Source: Xanthobacteraceae bacterium
GTDB lineage: Bacteria; Pseudomonadota; Alphaproteobacteria; Rhizobiales; Xanthobacteraceae
Direction: 5' to 3'
DNA: 52,821 nucleotides
Assembly (NCBI GenBank): GCA_040877285.1
Contig: JBBDNZ010000207.1
Span: 1-52,821 of the forward strand
The position numbers and the translations under genes are program-made. Shown piece after piece: positions 34,465 to 43,473 of this stretch. Position 1 is the first letter of the stretch; the number at the start of each line of letters is the position of its first letter. The notes under the pieces were generated by a model. The model saw only the letters and a list, made by a program, of their open reading frames with translations. It did no database searches and was not told the DNA's origin.

Positions 34465-35795
34465 GCGACCACCGGCGCCTCATCGACATCTCGCTCGGCG
34501 CGATGGCCAAGAACCGGCGTTGGATCGCCGTTGGGCTTGGCGCCGTGATCGTCCTCGGCGCCGTCGCGCTGATGATGGTGCCGGAGCAGGAGGTGGAGCA
34601 GCGCAGAAGTTCACGTCTCGGCGGCGGCGGGGCGGTTCCCGTTCTGGTCATACCCGCCCGGCTGGCGGACGTGCCGATCTATCTTGACGGCGTCGGCACC
34701 GCCAAGGCGCTGAACACGGTGACGGTGCGCCCGCAGGTGGAAGGCAAGCTCATCAGCATGAATTTCAAGGAAGGTCAGGATGTGCAGAAGGGCTACGTGC
34801 TCGCCCGCATCGACCCGACCACCTATCAGGCGCAGCTCGACCAGGCGATCGCCAAGAAAGCGCAAGACGAGGCGCAGCTCGCCAACGCCAAACTCGACCT
34901 CGAGCGTTATGAACGCTTGGCCGCCTCCAATTCCATCAACAAGCAGCAGGTCGACACGCAAAGGTCCATGGTCGCCCAGCTTCAAGCGCAGGTGAATGCG
35001 GACCAGGCGGCGATCGACAACGCCCGCGCGATCCTGTCCTACACCACCATCACCGCGCCGATCAGCGGGCGCACCGGCCTCCGCCATGTGGACGAAGGCA
35101 ATATCGTGCGCGCTTCCGATGCCAACGGCATCGTGGTGCTCACTCAGATCAAGCCTATCTCGGTGATCTTCAACCTGCCGCAACAGGTTGTATCGCAGGT
35201 TAACAATGCCTTCGCCCAGGGCCCACTTACCGTCGAGGCGCTCGCATCCGACGACAAAACCATCATCGACCACGGCGAGCTTCAAGTCGTGGACAACCAA
35301 GTGGACACGACCACCGGAACGGTAAAACTCAAGGCCGAGTTCCCCAACGAAAATCTCCAGCTCTGGCCGGGTCAATTCGTCAACGTGCGCATGCTGGTCG
35401 ATACCCGCCGCCAGGTCGTGGTGGTGCCGACCGGCGCGGTGCAGCGCGGACCGAGCGGACCTTTCGTCTATGTGGTGCAATCCGGCGACACGGTGGCGGT
35501 GCGCCCAGTGACCATTGCGCAGCAGGACGACGCTCAGGCGGTGATCGCAAGCGGCGTGCAGACGGGCGATCCGATTGTGACCACCGGCTTCGCCCAACTC
35601 GCGGAGGGACGCCGCGTGCGGGTAACGCCCGGTGAAAACGGCGGCCCACCCGAAGGCGAGCCCGCCCAGGACCGGCCGGCGGCGAAGGACGGGGCAAATC
35701 AGGGTGGAAAAACCGATCGGCCCGCGGGCACGGCGCGCGACACGCGCCAGCGCCGTTCGAGCTCCGGCGCCGCCGCCGCGAGCCCGGCTCCATGA
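34461..35795 (+). CDS. mdtA: RND efflux periplasmic adaptor subunit (MdtA-like)
   Basis: N-terminal TM anchor. Lipoyl/hairpin/barrel blocks are VRPQVEGKLISMNFKEGQDVQKGYVLARID, ITAPISGRTGLR and VVVPTGAVQRGP. The C-terminal tail is low complexity. Confidence 0.8.
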   Translation: MSDHRRLIDISLGAMAKNRRWIAVGLGAVIVLGAVALMMVPEQEVEQRRSSRLGGGGAVPVLVIPARLADVPIYLDGVGTAKALNTVTVRPQVEGKLISMNFKEGQDVQKGYVLARIDPTTYQAQLDQAIAKKAQDEAQLANAKLDLERYERLAASNSINKQQVDTQRSMVAQLQAQVNADQAAIDNARAILSYTTITAPISGRTGLRHVDEGNIVRASDANGIVVLTQIKPISVIFNLPQQVVSQVNNAFAQGPLTVEALASDDKTIIDHGELQVVDNQVDTTTGTVKLKAEFPNENLQLWPGQFVNVRMLVDTRRQVVVVPTGAVQRGPSGPFVYVVQSGDTVAVRPVTIAQQDDAQAVIASGVQTGDPIVTTGFAQLAEGRRVRVTPGENGGPPEGEPAQDRPAAKDGANQGGKTDRPAGTARDTRQRRSSSGAAAASPAP

Positions 35796-38700
35796 GCGTT
35801 TCGTCGCCTTTCATTCACCGGCCGATCGCCACGTCGCTGCTTGGCTTTGCCGTTATGCTCGGCGGCTCACTGGGCTATTGGCTGCTGCCGGTTTCCTCGC
35901 TGCCGCAGGTGGACTTTCCCACCATCCAGGTCACCACGCAGCTTCCCGGCGCCAATCCGGACACCACCGCGTCACTGGTGACCGCTCCCCTTGAGCGGCA
36001 ATTGGGGCGGATTCCCTCGCTCTCGACCATGATTTCATCAAGCTCCTTTGGACTCAGCCAGATCACCCTGCAGTTCGAACTCAACCGCGACATCGACGCC
36101 GCCGCGCAGGACGTGCAGGCGGCGATCAATGCGGCCGGCTCGGCGCTTCCACGCAACCTCCCCTACCCGCCGACCTATTCCAAGGTGAACCCGGCGGATG
36201 CGCCGATCATCACGCTGGCGCTGACCTCGGAGACGGCCTCGTTGCGCGAGATGAGCGATCTCGCCGACACGCTGATGGCGCAGCGGTTGAGCGAGCTCAC
36301 CGGCGTGGGGCATGTCTCGATCGAAGGCGGCATCCGCCCCGCCGTGCGCATCCAGGCGGATCTGTCCCGGCTCGCCAATTACGGTATCGGGCTCGCCGAT
36401 CTGCGCGCCGCGATCACCGGCGCCAATGTCGCGGGGCCGAAGGGATCCCTCGACGGCGCGCATCAGTCCTACACCATCGCCACCAACGATCAGATCGACG
36501 CCGCGGACGCCTACGGCTCCGTCGTGGTCGCCTATCGCAACAACGCGGCCGTTTTGTTGCGCGATGTCGCCAACGTGATCGACGGCCTGGAGAATTCCAA
36601 GATCAGCGGCTGGTATCGGGGCAAACCCGCCGTCATTATCAATGTGCAGCGGCAGCCGGGCGCCAACGTCATTCAGACGGTCGAGCGCGTCAAGGAGGAG
36701 TTGCCCAAGCTCCAGCGCGCCATCCCCGTCGGGGTCACGCTAACGGTGGTGGACGACCGCACCAACACCATCCGCGCCTCTATCCGCGACGTGCAATTCA
36801 CCCTGGTGCTCAGCGTCATTCTCGTGGTGCTGGTGGTTTTGCTGTTTCTGAAGACGATCCGCGCCACCATCATCGCCGGCGTGGCGCTGCCTCTGTCGCT
36901 GGTCGGCACTTTCGGCGTCATGTGGTTTTGCAACTTTAGCCTCAACAACCTGTCGCTGATGGCGCTGACCATCGGAACCGGCTTCGTGGTGGACGACGCC
37001 ATCGTGATGATCGAGAACATCGTCCGCCACCTGGAAAAAGGCGAGCACCCGCTGCGGGCGGCGCTGCGCGGGGCCAGCGAGATCGGCTTCACCATCATTT
37101 CGCTCACCATGTCGCTGATCGCCGTGTTCATTCCGCTGTTGTTCATGACCGGGCTGGTCGGCCGCATGTTCGGCGAGTTCGCGCTCACCCTGACCATTGC
37201 GGTCGTGGTGTCCGCCATCGTATCGCTCACGCTGACGCCGATGATGTGCAGCCGGATTTTGCGCCATAGCGTGGCCAGCGCCGATAACGAGATTTCCCGC
37301 ACCTTCAGCCGCCTGGTGGACTTATCGGTCGAGGGCTATCGCCGGTCGCTCGATTGGGTGCTGCACCGGCAAACGCTGACGCTCATCGTCACCGCCGCCA
37401 CCGTGGTCGTGACCATCTTCCTCTATATCGTGGTGCCAAAAGGTTTCCTGCCGTTGCAGGATACCAGCCTCGTCACGGCGGTGGTCGAAGGCGGCCCGCA
37501 AGTTTCCTTCGCCGAAATGCAGCGGCTGCAAAAGGAAGTCGAAGACATCATTCGCAAGGATCCGGACGTGACCGGCGTCGTGTCCATCGTCGGCAGCAGC
37601 CGGATCAACACCACGCCCAATGTCGGCCACGCCAAAATCTCGCTGCGCTCGCGCGACGACCGCAGCGCCATGATAGACGAAGTCGTGTCGCGCCTGCAGC
37701 GGCAGGTCGCGTCAATCCCGGGCGTTGTGGTCTATTTCCAGGCGGTGCAGGACATTCAGATCAGTACCCGCATCAGCCGGGCGCAGTATCAATACACGCT
37801 GACGGGAACCGACGCCAACGCGGTCTCGCTGTGGGCCGACCGCCTGACCAAGCAACTGCAACTGAACCCGGCGCTGCACGACGTCGCCTCCGAGGCCCAG
37901 GAAGGCGGCTTGCGCATGTTTGTGGACGTGGACCGGGAGAAAGCCGGGCGGCTCGGGGTTTCGCTCCAGGCGGTAAACGATACGCTCAACGACGCTTTCG
38001 GGCAGCGGCAGATATCCACCATCTACGCCCAGGCCAACCAATATCGCGTGATCCTGGAGGCGCTGCCGCAATACCAAGAAGACCCGTCGTCGCTGTCCAA
38101 GCTCTATGTCTCGGGAACGGGCGGCGTGCAGGTGCCGCTCAGCGCCTTCTCCACGGTCAAGCATGTAACCGCGCCGCTGGTTATCGCCCACCAGGAACAG
38201 TTTCCGGCCGTGACGATCAGCTTCGATCTAGCCCCCGGCGCCTCGCTCAGCAACGCCGTGGCGGCGATCTTGGACGCGGAGCGCAGCATCGGCATGCCGG
38301 CCACCGTCACCGGCAGCTATTCCGGCGATTCCGCGGAATTTGCAAAATCCCTGGCCGGCCAGCCTTGGCTGATCCTGGCCGCCATCGTGACGATCTATAT
38401 CGTGCTCGGAGTACTCTACGAGAGCTTCATTCACCCGCTGACGATCCTCTCTACCCTGCCCTCCGCGGGCGTGGGTGCGCTGCTCGCTCTGATGCTGTTC
38501 GGCTACGATCTTTCCATCGTAGCGCTCATCGGCATTATCCTGCTCATGGGCATCGTGAAAAAGAACGCGATCATGATGATCGACTTCGCATTGGAGGCCG
38601 AGCGCCACCAGGGGATGACGCCGCAGGAATCCATTGTCCAAGCGGCGCTGCTGCGTTTCCGGCCGATTATGATGACGACTTTCGCCGCCTTGTTCGGCGC

Positions 38701-38929
38701 ACTGCCGCTGGCGATCGAAAGCGGCACGGGCTCCGAGCTGCGCAATCCGCTCGGCATCACCATCGTCGGCGGCTTGCTGCTGAGCCAGTTGCTTACCCTC
38801 TACACCACGCCCGTCATCTACCTGGCAATGGACCGGGTGAAGGCGTGGGTGACCGGCAGCGGCGCGGCGCCGCGCAAGCCCCGGCGGCTGGAAGAGACGT
38901 CTTCCATCTCCCGGGAGGCCGCGGAGTAA
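35792..38929 (+). CDS. mdtB: RND multidrug efflux permease (MdtB-like)
   Basis: 1045 aa. SSPFIHRPIATSLL at the N-terminus, VVDDAIVMIENI and 12-TM RND organisation. ATGA overlap with the adaptor gene. Confidence 0.85.
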   Translation: MSVSSPFIHRPIATSLLGFAVMLGGSLGYWLLPVSSLPQVDFPTIQVTTQLPGANPDTTASLVTAPLERQLGRIPSLSTMISSSSFGLSQITLQFELNRDIDAAAQDVQAAINAAGSALPRNLPYPPTYSKVNPADAPIITLALTSETASLREMSDLADTLMAQRLSELTGVGHVSIEGGIRPAVRIQADLSRLANYGIGLADLRAAITGANVAGPKGSLDGAHQSYTIATNDQIDAADAYGSVVVAYRNNAAVLLRDVANVIDGLENSKISGWYRGKPAVIINVQRQPGANVIQTVERVKEELPKLQRAIPVGVTLTVVDDRTNTIRASIRDVQFTLVLSVILVVLVVLLFLKTIRATIIAGVALPLSLVGTFGVMWFCNFSLNNLSLMALTIGTGFVVDDAIVMIENIVRHLEKGEHPLRAALRGASEIGFTIISLTMSLIAVFIPLLFMTGLVGRMFGEFALTLTIAVVVSAIVSLTLTPMMCSRILRHSVASADNEISRTFSRLVDLSVEGYRRSLDWVLHRQTLTLIVTAATVVVTIFLYIVVPKGFLPLQDTSLVTAVVEGGPQVSFAEMQRLQKEVEDIIRKDPDVTGVVSIVGSSRINTTPNVGHAKISLRSRDDRSAMIDEVVSRLQRQVASIPGVVVYFQAVQDIQISTRISRAQYQYTLTGTDANAVSLWADRLTKQLQLNPALHDVASEAQEGGLRMFVDVDREKAGRLGVSLQAVNDTLNDAFGQRQISTIYAQANQYRVILEALPQYQEDPSSLSKLYVSGTGGVQVPLSAFSTVKHVTAPLVIAHQEQFPAVTISFDLAPGASLSNAVAAILDAERSIGMPATVTGSYSGDSAEFAKSLAGQPWLILAAIVTIYIVLGVLYESFIHPLTILSTLPSAGVGALLALMLFGYDLSIVALIGIILLMGIVKKNAIMMIDFALEAERHQGMTPQESIVQAALLRFRPIMMTTFAALFGALPLAIESGTGSELRNPLGITIVGGLLLSQLLTLYTTPVIYLAMDRVKAWVTGSGAAPRKPRRLEETSSISREAAE

Positions 38930-38932
38930 GCG

Positions 38933-41900
38933 ATGAATTTTTCCTACCCCTTCATCCGCCGGCCAATCGGCACCACGCTCCTGGCGATCGGGCTGTTCCT
39001 CTCCGGGGCGGTGGCCTATCGCGTCCTGCCGGTGGCGAGCCTGCCCGCCGTCGATTTACCGACCATCCGCGTTTCCGCGAGCCGCCCCGGCGCCGATCCT
39101 ACCACCATGGCGGCGACCGTCGCCGCGCCGATCGAACGACGGCTTTCCGAAATCGCCGGCATAACGGAGATGACCTCGCGCAATGCGCTCGGCTCAAGCC
39201 GGATCACCGTTCAATTCGATCTCAACCGCAACATTGACGGCGCCGCGCGCGACGTTCAAGCCGCCCTTAACGCCGCCATGAGCGACCTGCCGGGCGACCT
39301 GCCGACCATGCCGAGCTTGCGCAAGTACAATCCGGCTGCAACGCCGGTACTCATCCTGGCTTTGACGTCGAAGACCATCGCGCCGGCGGATATGTACGAC
39401 ACGGCGGACAGCGTGATCGCCCAGCGCATTTCGCAAATCGAAGGCGTCGGCGACGTGAGCGTGGCCGGCGCCGAGCAACCCGCCATCCGCGTGCGCGTCA
39501 ACCCGGGAGCGTTGGCGTCCGCCGGCCTCAGCATGGAGGACGTGCGAAACGCGATCGCCCGCGCCAACGCCGCGGGTCCGCTCGGCGCCATCGATGGGCC
39601 GGCGCGGTCCGAGACGCTTGCGACCAATATCCAGCTTCTGAACGCACGGGACTACGATCCCATTGTCGTCAAGGCCGCGAATGGAGACGTCGTCCGCCTG
39701 TCTCATATTGCGACGATCGAGCGAGGCGTGCGCAACAGCCGGTCTTTTAGCCTGTACAATGGGCAGCCCGCCGTTCTGCTCATCATCACCAAGGAAAACG
39801 ACGCCAACGTCATCGAGACCATCGAGCGGATCAGGGCGCTGCTGCCCGAACTCAAGCGATGGATTCCCGCTGGCATCGATATTTCCGTGCTGACGGACCG
39901 CAGTCAGACCATCAAGTCGGGCATCGCGCACATGCAGATCGCGCTGGGCGCCACCATTATCCTGGTGATGCTGGTCGTCTTCGTCTTCCTGCGGCGGGCC
40001 GCCGCCACCATAGCCGCCGGCGTCACGGTGCCACTGTCGCTGGCGGGTACTTGCGCGGCCATGTGGGCGGTCGGCTTCTCCTTGGACAATATTTCGCTGA
40101 TGGCTTTGGTCGTTTCCGTCGGCTTCGTCGTCGACGACGCCATCGTGATGATCGAAAACTGTTTCCGCAACCTTGAGCGCGGCATGTCGCCGCTGCGCGC
40201 GGCGCTTGCCGGCGCGCGGCAGATCGGCTTTACCGTCATCTCCATCAGCATTTCATTGATTGCGGCCTTCATTCCGCTCCTGTTCATGGGCGGCATTGTG
40301 GGCCGTCTGTTCCGCGAATTTTCCGTCACGGTCGCTTTCGCTATCGGCGTCTCCACGCTGATCTCGCTATCGGTGACCCCGATGATCTGCGCGTATTTCG
40401 TGCGCGCGGCGCCGAGCAAGGACGGAACCTGGCTGGACCGGGCGGTCGAGGCCGTGCTCTCGCGGCTCATTCGCGCCTACGCCACCAGCCTGCAATTCGT
40501 GCTGCATTACCGGGGGCTGGTGCTGCTGCTGTTCCTGGTGACCATCGCCTTGACCGTGAACCTCTACATCAAGATTCCCAAGGGCTACTTCCCGGAGGAC
40601 GACACCGGCCTGATGTACGGCAGAATACGCGCATCGACCGACATTTCCTTCAACGCAATGTCCGAGCTGCAGCGGCGCGCCACGGCGATGGTGACGGCCG
40701 ATCCGGCGGTGGCGGGTGTCGGCTCGTCCATCGGCACGTCCGGGTACAATCCGTCGGTCAACCGCGGCACGCTTTTCATCAGCCTGAAACCGCCGGCGGT
40801 GCGCGGCGCCAGCACGCAGGACGTCGCGCGGCGGCTGCGCAGCGAGCTCAACACGATTCCCGGCTTGCGCGCGTCCATGCGCCCGGCGCAGGACCTTCGT
40901 TCCGGCAGCCGCTCCAGCGATGCGCGCTATGAATTCACCTTGTGGGATCCAGATATAGATGAGCTTAATCAATGGGTTCCGATGGTTTTGAAGCGGCTGG
41001 AACAGCTTCCCGAATTGGTCGACGTCAACACCGATCACGACCAGGGCGGGTTACAGGCAAACGTGGTGATTGACCGGCTTGCCGCCTCGCGGCTCGGTGT
41101 CCGCATCGAGGACATCGACAATGCGCTGAACAACGCCTTTTCCCAGCGGCAGGTCTCGACCATTTATCGCCAGCGTAACCAATACAGCGTGATTTTGGAA
41201 ATCGATCCCCGCTTCCAGCGCGATCCCACCGATATCACGAGAATCTTCGTTCCCGGCAAGGACGGCGTCCAGGTGCCGCTGTCGGCCGTGGCGCGGATCG
41301 AAAGAGGCATTTCACCGCTGGTCATCGACCATGAGGGACAATTCCCGTCCGTGACGCTGAGCTATGATCTCGCGCCCGGCGTGGTCATCGAGGAAGCGCT
41401 CAACGCCATCGACAACGCGATCGCGGAAATGCACTTGCCCGATACGCTCCACGCCGAGTCTTCCGGCGACGCGCGCGCTTACCGCTCCAGCATCGCCGCG
41501 CAGCCGTTGCTGATCCTGGCGGCGCTCATCGCCATCTACATCGTTCTCGGGGTGCTCTATGAAAGTCTGCTTCATCCGCTGACGATCATCTCCACCTTGC
41601 CCTCGGCGGGTCTCGGCGCTTTGCTGGCGCTGCGGCTGTTCGGCGTCGAGCTGACCCTGATCGCCTTCATCGGCATCATCCTTCTGATCGGGCTGGTGAA
41701 GAAGAACGGCATCATGCTGGTGGATTTCGCGCTCGAAGGCGAACGGCGGCGCGGCCTGCCGCCCGAGCGCGCCATCTTCGAGGCCTGCATCGCGCGCTTC
41801 CGCCCGATCCTGATGACGACATTGGCGGCGATCTTCGGCGCGGTGCCGCTGGTGGTGGCGACCGGACCCGGCACGGAATTGCGCCGCCCGCTCGGCATGA

Positions 41901-42061
41901 CCATCATCGGCGGATTGCTGGTGTCGCAAGTGCTCACCCTCTACACCACGCCGGTCATCTATCTGATGGTGGACAGGCTGCGCCGCCGCCTAACGCGCGG
42001 AAAGAGCGCCGCCGACGCGCAATTGCCGCCGGATGCCGCGGTTTCCACCGGCCGGCATTAA
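38933..42061 (+). CDS. mdtC: RND multidrug efflux permease (MdtC-like)
   Basis: 1042 aa paralogue of the preceding gene (FSYPFIRRPIGTTLL, VVDDAIVMIENC), starting 3 nt after it. This is the tandem-permease arrangement seen in MdtABC. Confidence 0.85.
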   Translation: MNFSYPFIRRPIGTTLLAIGLFLSGAVAYRVLPVASLPAVDLPTIRVSASRPGADPTTMAATVAAPIERRLSEIAGITEMTSRNALGSSRITVQFDLNRNIDGAARDVQAALNAAMSDLPGDLPTMPSLRKYNPAATPVLILALTSKTIAPADMYDTADSVIAQRISQIEGVGDVSVAGAEQPAIRVRVNPGALASAGLSMEDVRNAIARANAAGPLGAIDGPARSETLATNIQLLNARDYDPIVVKAANGDVVRLSHIATIERGVRNSRSFSLYNGQPAVLLIITKENDANVIETIERIRALLPELKRWIPAGIDISVLTDRSQTIKSGIAHMQIALGATIILVMLVVFVFLRRAAATIAAGVTVPLSLAGTCAAMWAVGFSLDNISLMALVVSVGFVVDDAIVMIENCFRNLERGMSPLRAALAGARQIGFTVISISISLIAAFIPLLFMGGIVGRLFREFSVTVAFAIGVSTLISLSVTPMICAYFVRAAPSKDGTWLDRAVEAVLSRLIRAYATSLQFVLHYRGLVLLLFLVTIALTVNLYIKIPKGYFPEDDTGLMYGRIRASTDISFNAMSELQRRATAMVTADPAVAGVGSSIGTSGYNPSVNRGTLFISLKPPAVRGASTQDVARRLRSELNTIPGLRASMRPAQDLRSGSRSSDARYEFTLWDPDIDELNQWVPMVLKRLEQLPELVDVNTDHDQGGLQANVVIDRLAASRLGVRIEDIDNALNNAFSQRQVSTIYRQRNQYSVILEIDPRFQRDPTDITRIFVPGKDGVQVPLSAVARIERGISPLVIDHEGQFPSVTLSYDLAPGVVIEEALNAIDNAIAEMHLPDTLHAESSGDARAYRSSIAAQPLLILAALIAIYIVLGVLYESLLHPLTIISTLPSAGLGALLALRLFGVELTLIAFIGIILLIGLVKKNGIMLVDFALEGERRRGLPPERAIFEACIARFRPILMTTLAAIFGAVPLVVATGPGTELRRPLGMTIIGGLLVSQVLTLYTTPVIYLMVDRLRRRLTRGKSAADAQLPPDAAVSTGRH

Positions 42062-42066
42062 AAAGA

Positions 42067-42099
42067 ATCACCCCCGGCTTTAATCCGGGGGTGATTTTT
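42067..42099. terminator. bidirectional intrinsic terminator between mdtC and the bicupin gene
   Basis: ATCACCCCCGG-ctttaat-CCGGGGGTGAT followed by TTTT. An A-tract upstream gives the equivalent T-tract on the other strand. Confidence 0.8.
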
Positions 42100-42152
42100 G
42101 TCGCGAAAGAATGGATTGCCGGTTCAACCCCGGCAATGCGCTTGAGCGGGCC

Positions 42153-43277
42153 TCACGCCGACTTGGCGAGCTGTTCCAGTTCCACCTTTTCGGCCGCGTA
42201 GGCCTCGTCCATCTTCGGCTTCATGCTGTGCTTGGCCAGCGCTTCGGTGAAGAGCTTGCGCACGACCGGCTGCTCATCGACATAGTCGATCTGATCGCCG
42301 CCGAGCCGCTTGCTGATCCAGGCCTTGGGCACGCCCTGCGCGTTGCGGATGGACACGACCTCGTGCTTGAAGGCGAGATAGCGCGCGGGCGTCGTGCCGG
42401 TGTTGAAGTGCTGGTGGAACCACATGTTCGGCGGCACGATCATGGTGCCGACCTGCCAATCGTAGCGCTTCGGCGCCTCGCCTTCCGCCCACATCAGAGA
42501 ATAGCCCTCGCCGCTGAGGATGATCACGTGAGCGCCCGGCCCATGCGCGTGCGCCTTCTTATAGGTGCCGACCGGGAACTGGGAGATATGGCTGTTCATC
42601 GAGCCCTTGGCCATGTTGAAGCGGATATGGCCGCCGCCGGCGCCGCGCTCCTTGGCGCTGATGAGCGGCAGGTTGACCGCGTCCGCCACGAAATTGGTGA
42701 CGAGCAGAAGGCCCTTCTGCTCTCCCTTGTTGCTGAAATAATCGGGCTCGCCGGCAAAGCGGCTCTTGAAGTCGTGCTTCGTGTTGAAGACGAATTCCAT
42801 GTCCTCATAGAGATTGATCACCGGCGGCGCATTGGTGACCGCCACGAAGCGCGCGGACTCCTGACCCGAACCGTTGAAATGCTGGTGCCAGGCATTGAGC
42901 GGGATGGCAAAGAGCGCGCCCGCCTTCCACTCGAAGGTGATCTTCTGGCCGGCGTCGTTCCATACCGCGGTGGAGCCGCGGCCGGACAGAACGAGGATCA
43001 TTTCTTCATAGAGCTGGCGCTGCGGAGCGAGCTTGCCGCCGGGCGAAATTTCGCAGACGTAGCAGTCGTTGGAGGTGCGCGAGGCTTCATGATTCATGAA
43101 CACGCCCTTGCCGCCGCGCCGCGGCCACGGCTTCAGCGGCACGGTATGGAGGCTTTCGACGTAAATCGAGGGGACGATGTCGAGCCCTTCCTTGGCAACC
43201 CAGCGGGTATAGGGCGTCTCTTTTTCCGTCGCGAATTTCTTCGCCAGGTCGTCCGAAACAATGGCGTCCTTTGCCAT
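42153..43277 (-). CDS. bicupin protein of unknown function
   Basis: Two cupin barrels. The second has metal-type motifs KAHAHGPGAHVIILSGEG and PPNMWFHQHFN. The first has GGKLAPQRQLYEEMILVLSGRG with no HxH, then AWHQHFN. AGGAGA lies 5 nt upstream of the ATG. Confidence 0.7.
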   Translation of the reverse strand: MAKDAIVSDDLAKKFATEKETPYTRWVAKEGLDIVPSIYVESLHTVPLKPWPRRGGKGVFMNHEASRTSNDCYVCEISPGGKLAPQRQLYEEMILVLSGRGSTAVWNDAGQKITFEWKAGALFAIPLNAWHQHFNGSGQESARFVAVTNAPPVINLYEDMEFVFNTKHDFKSRFAGEPDYFSNKGEQKGLLLVTNFVADAVNLPLISAKERGAGGGHIRFNMAKGSMNSHISQFPVGTYKKAHAHGPGAHVIILSGEGYSLMWAEGEAPKRYDWQVGTMIVPPNMWFHQHFNTGTTPARYLAFKHEVVSIRNAQGVPKAWISKRLGGDQIDYVDEQPVVRKLFTEALAKHSMKPKMDEAYAAEKVELEQLAKSA

Positions 43278-43350
43278 ACTCTTCTCCTGCGCTTTTGCTC
43301 TAGCTTTTGATGTATCGACCTATCATGCGTTCGGGCCGAGTTCCATAGCC

Positions 43351-43470
43351 TCTCCTCTTACTTGCCGCCCCCGCAAGCGGGGGAGGCCGGACCGCGAAGC
43401 GGCCCGGGAGGGGGCGCGTGCTCAATGCCCCCACCCCGGCCCTCCCCCGTTTGCGGGGGAGGGAGTAGAC
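43351..43470. repeat. triple-hairpin G/C-rich intergenic repeat element, copy B (between the EutA-like and bicupin genes)
   Basis: CCCCCGC-aa-GCGGGGG (43368-43383), a central G-run/C-run inverted repeat within 43404-43439, and CCCTCCCCCG-tttg-CGGGGGAGGG (43440-43463). It is the reverse-complement counterpart of 30629-30750. Confidence 0.8.
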
Positions 43471-43473
43471 AGC

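Noticed and set aside
37354-39237. 627-aa plus-strand ORF running across the mdtB/mdtC junction in another frame
   Set aside because: It is a Pro/Arg/Gly-rich out-of-frame translation. The annotated frames give canonical RND permease sequences on both sides of the junction.
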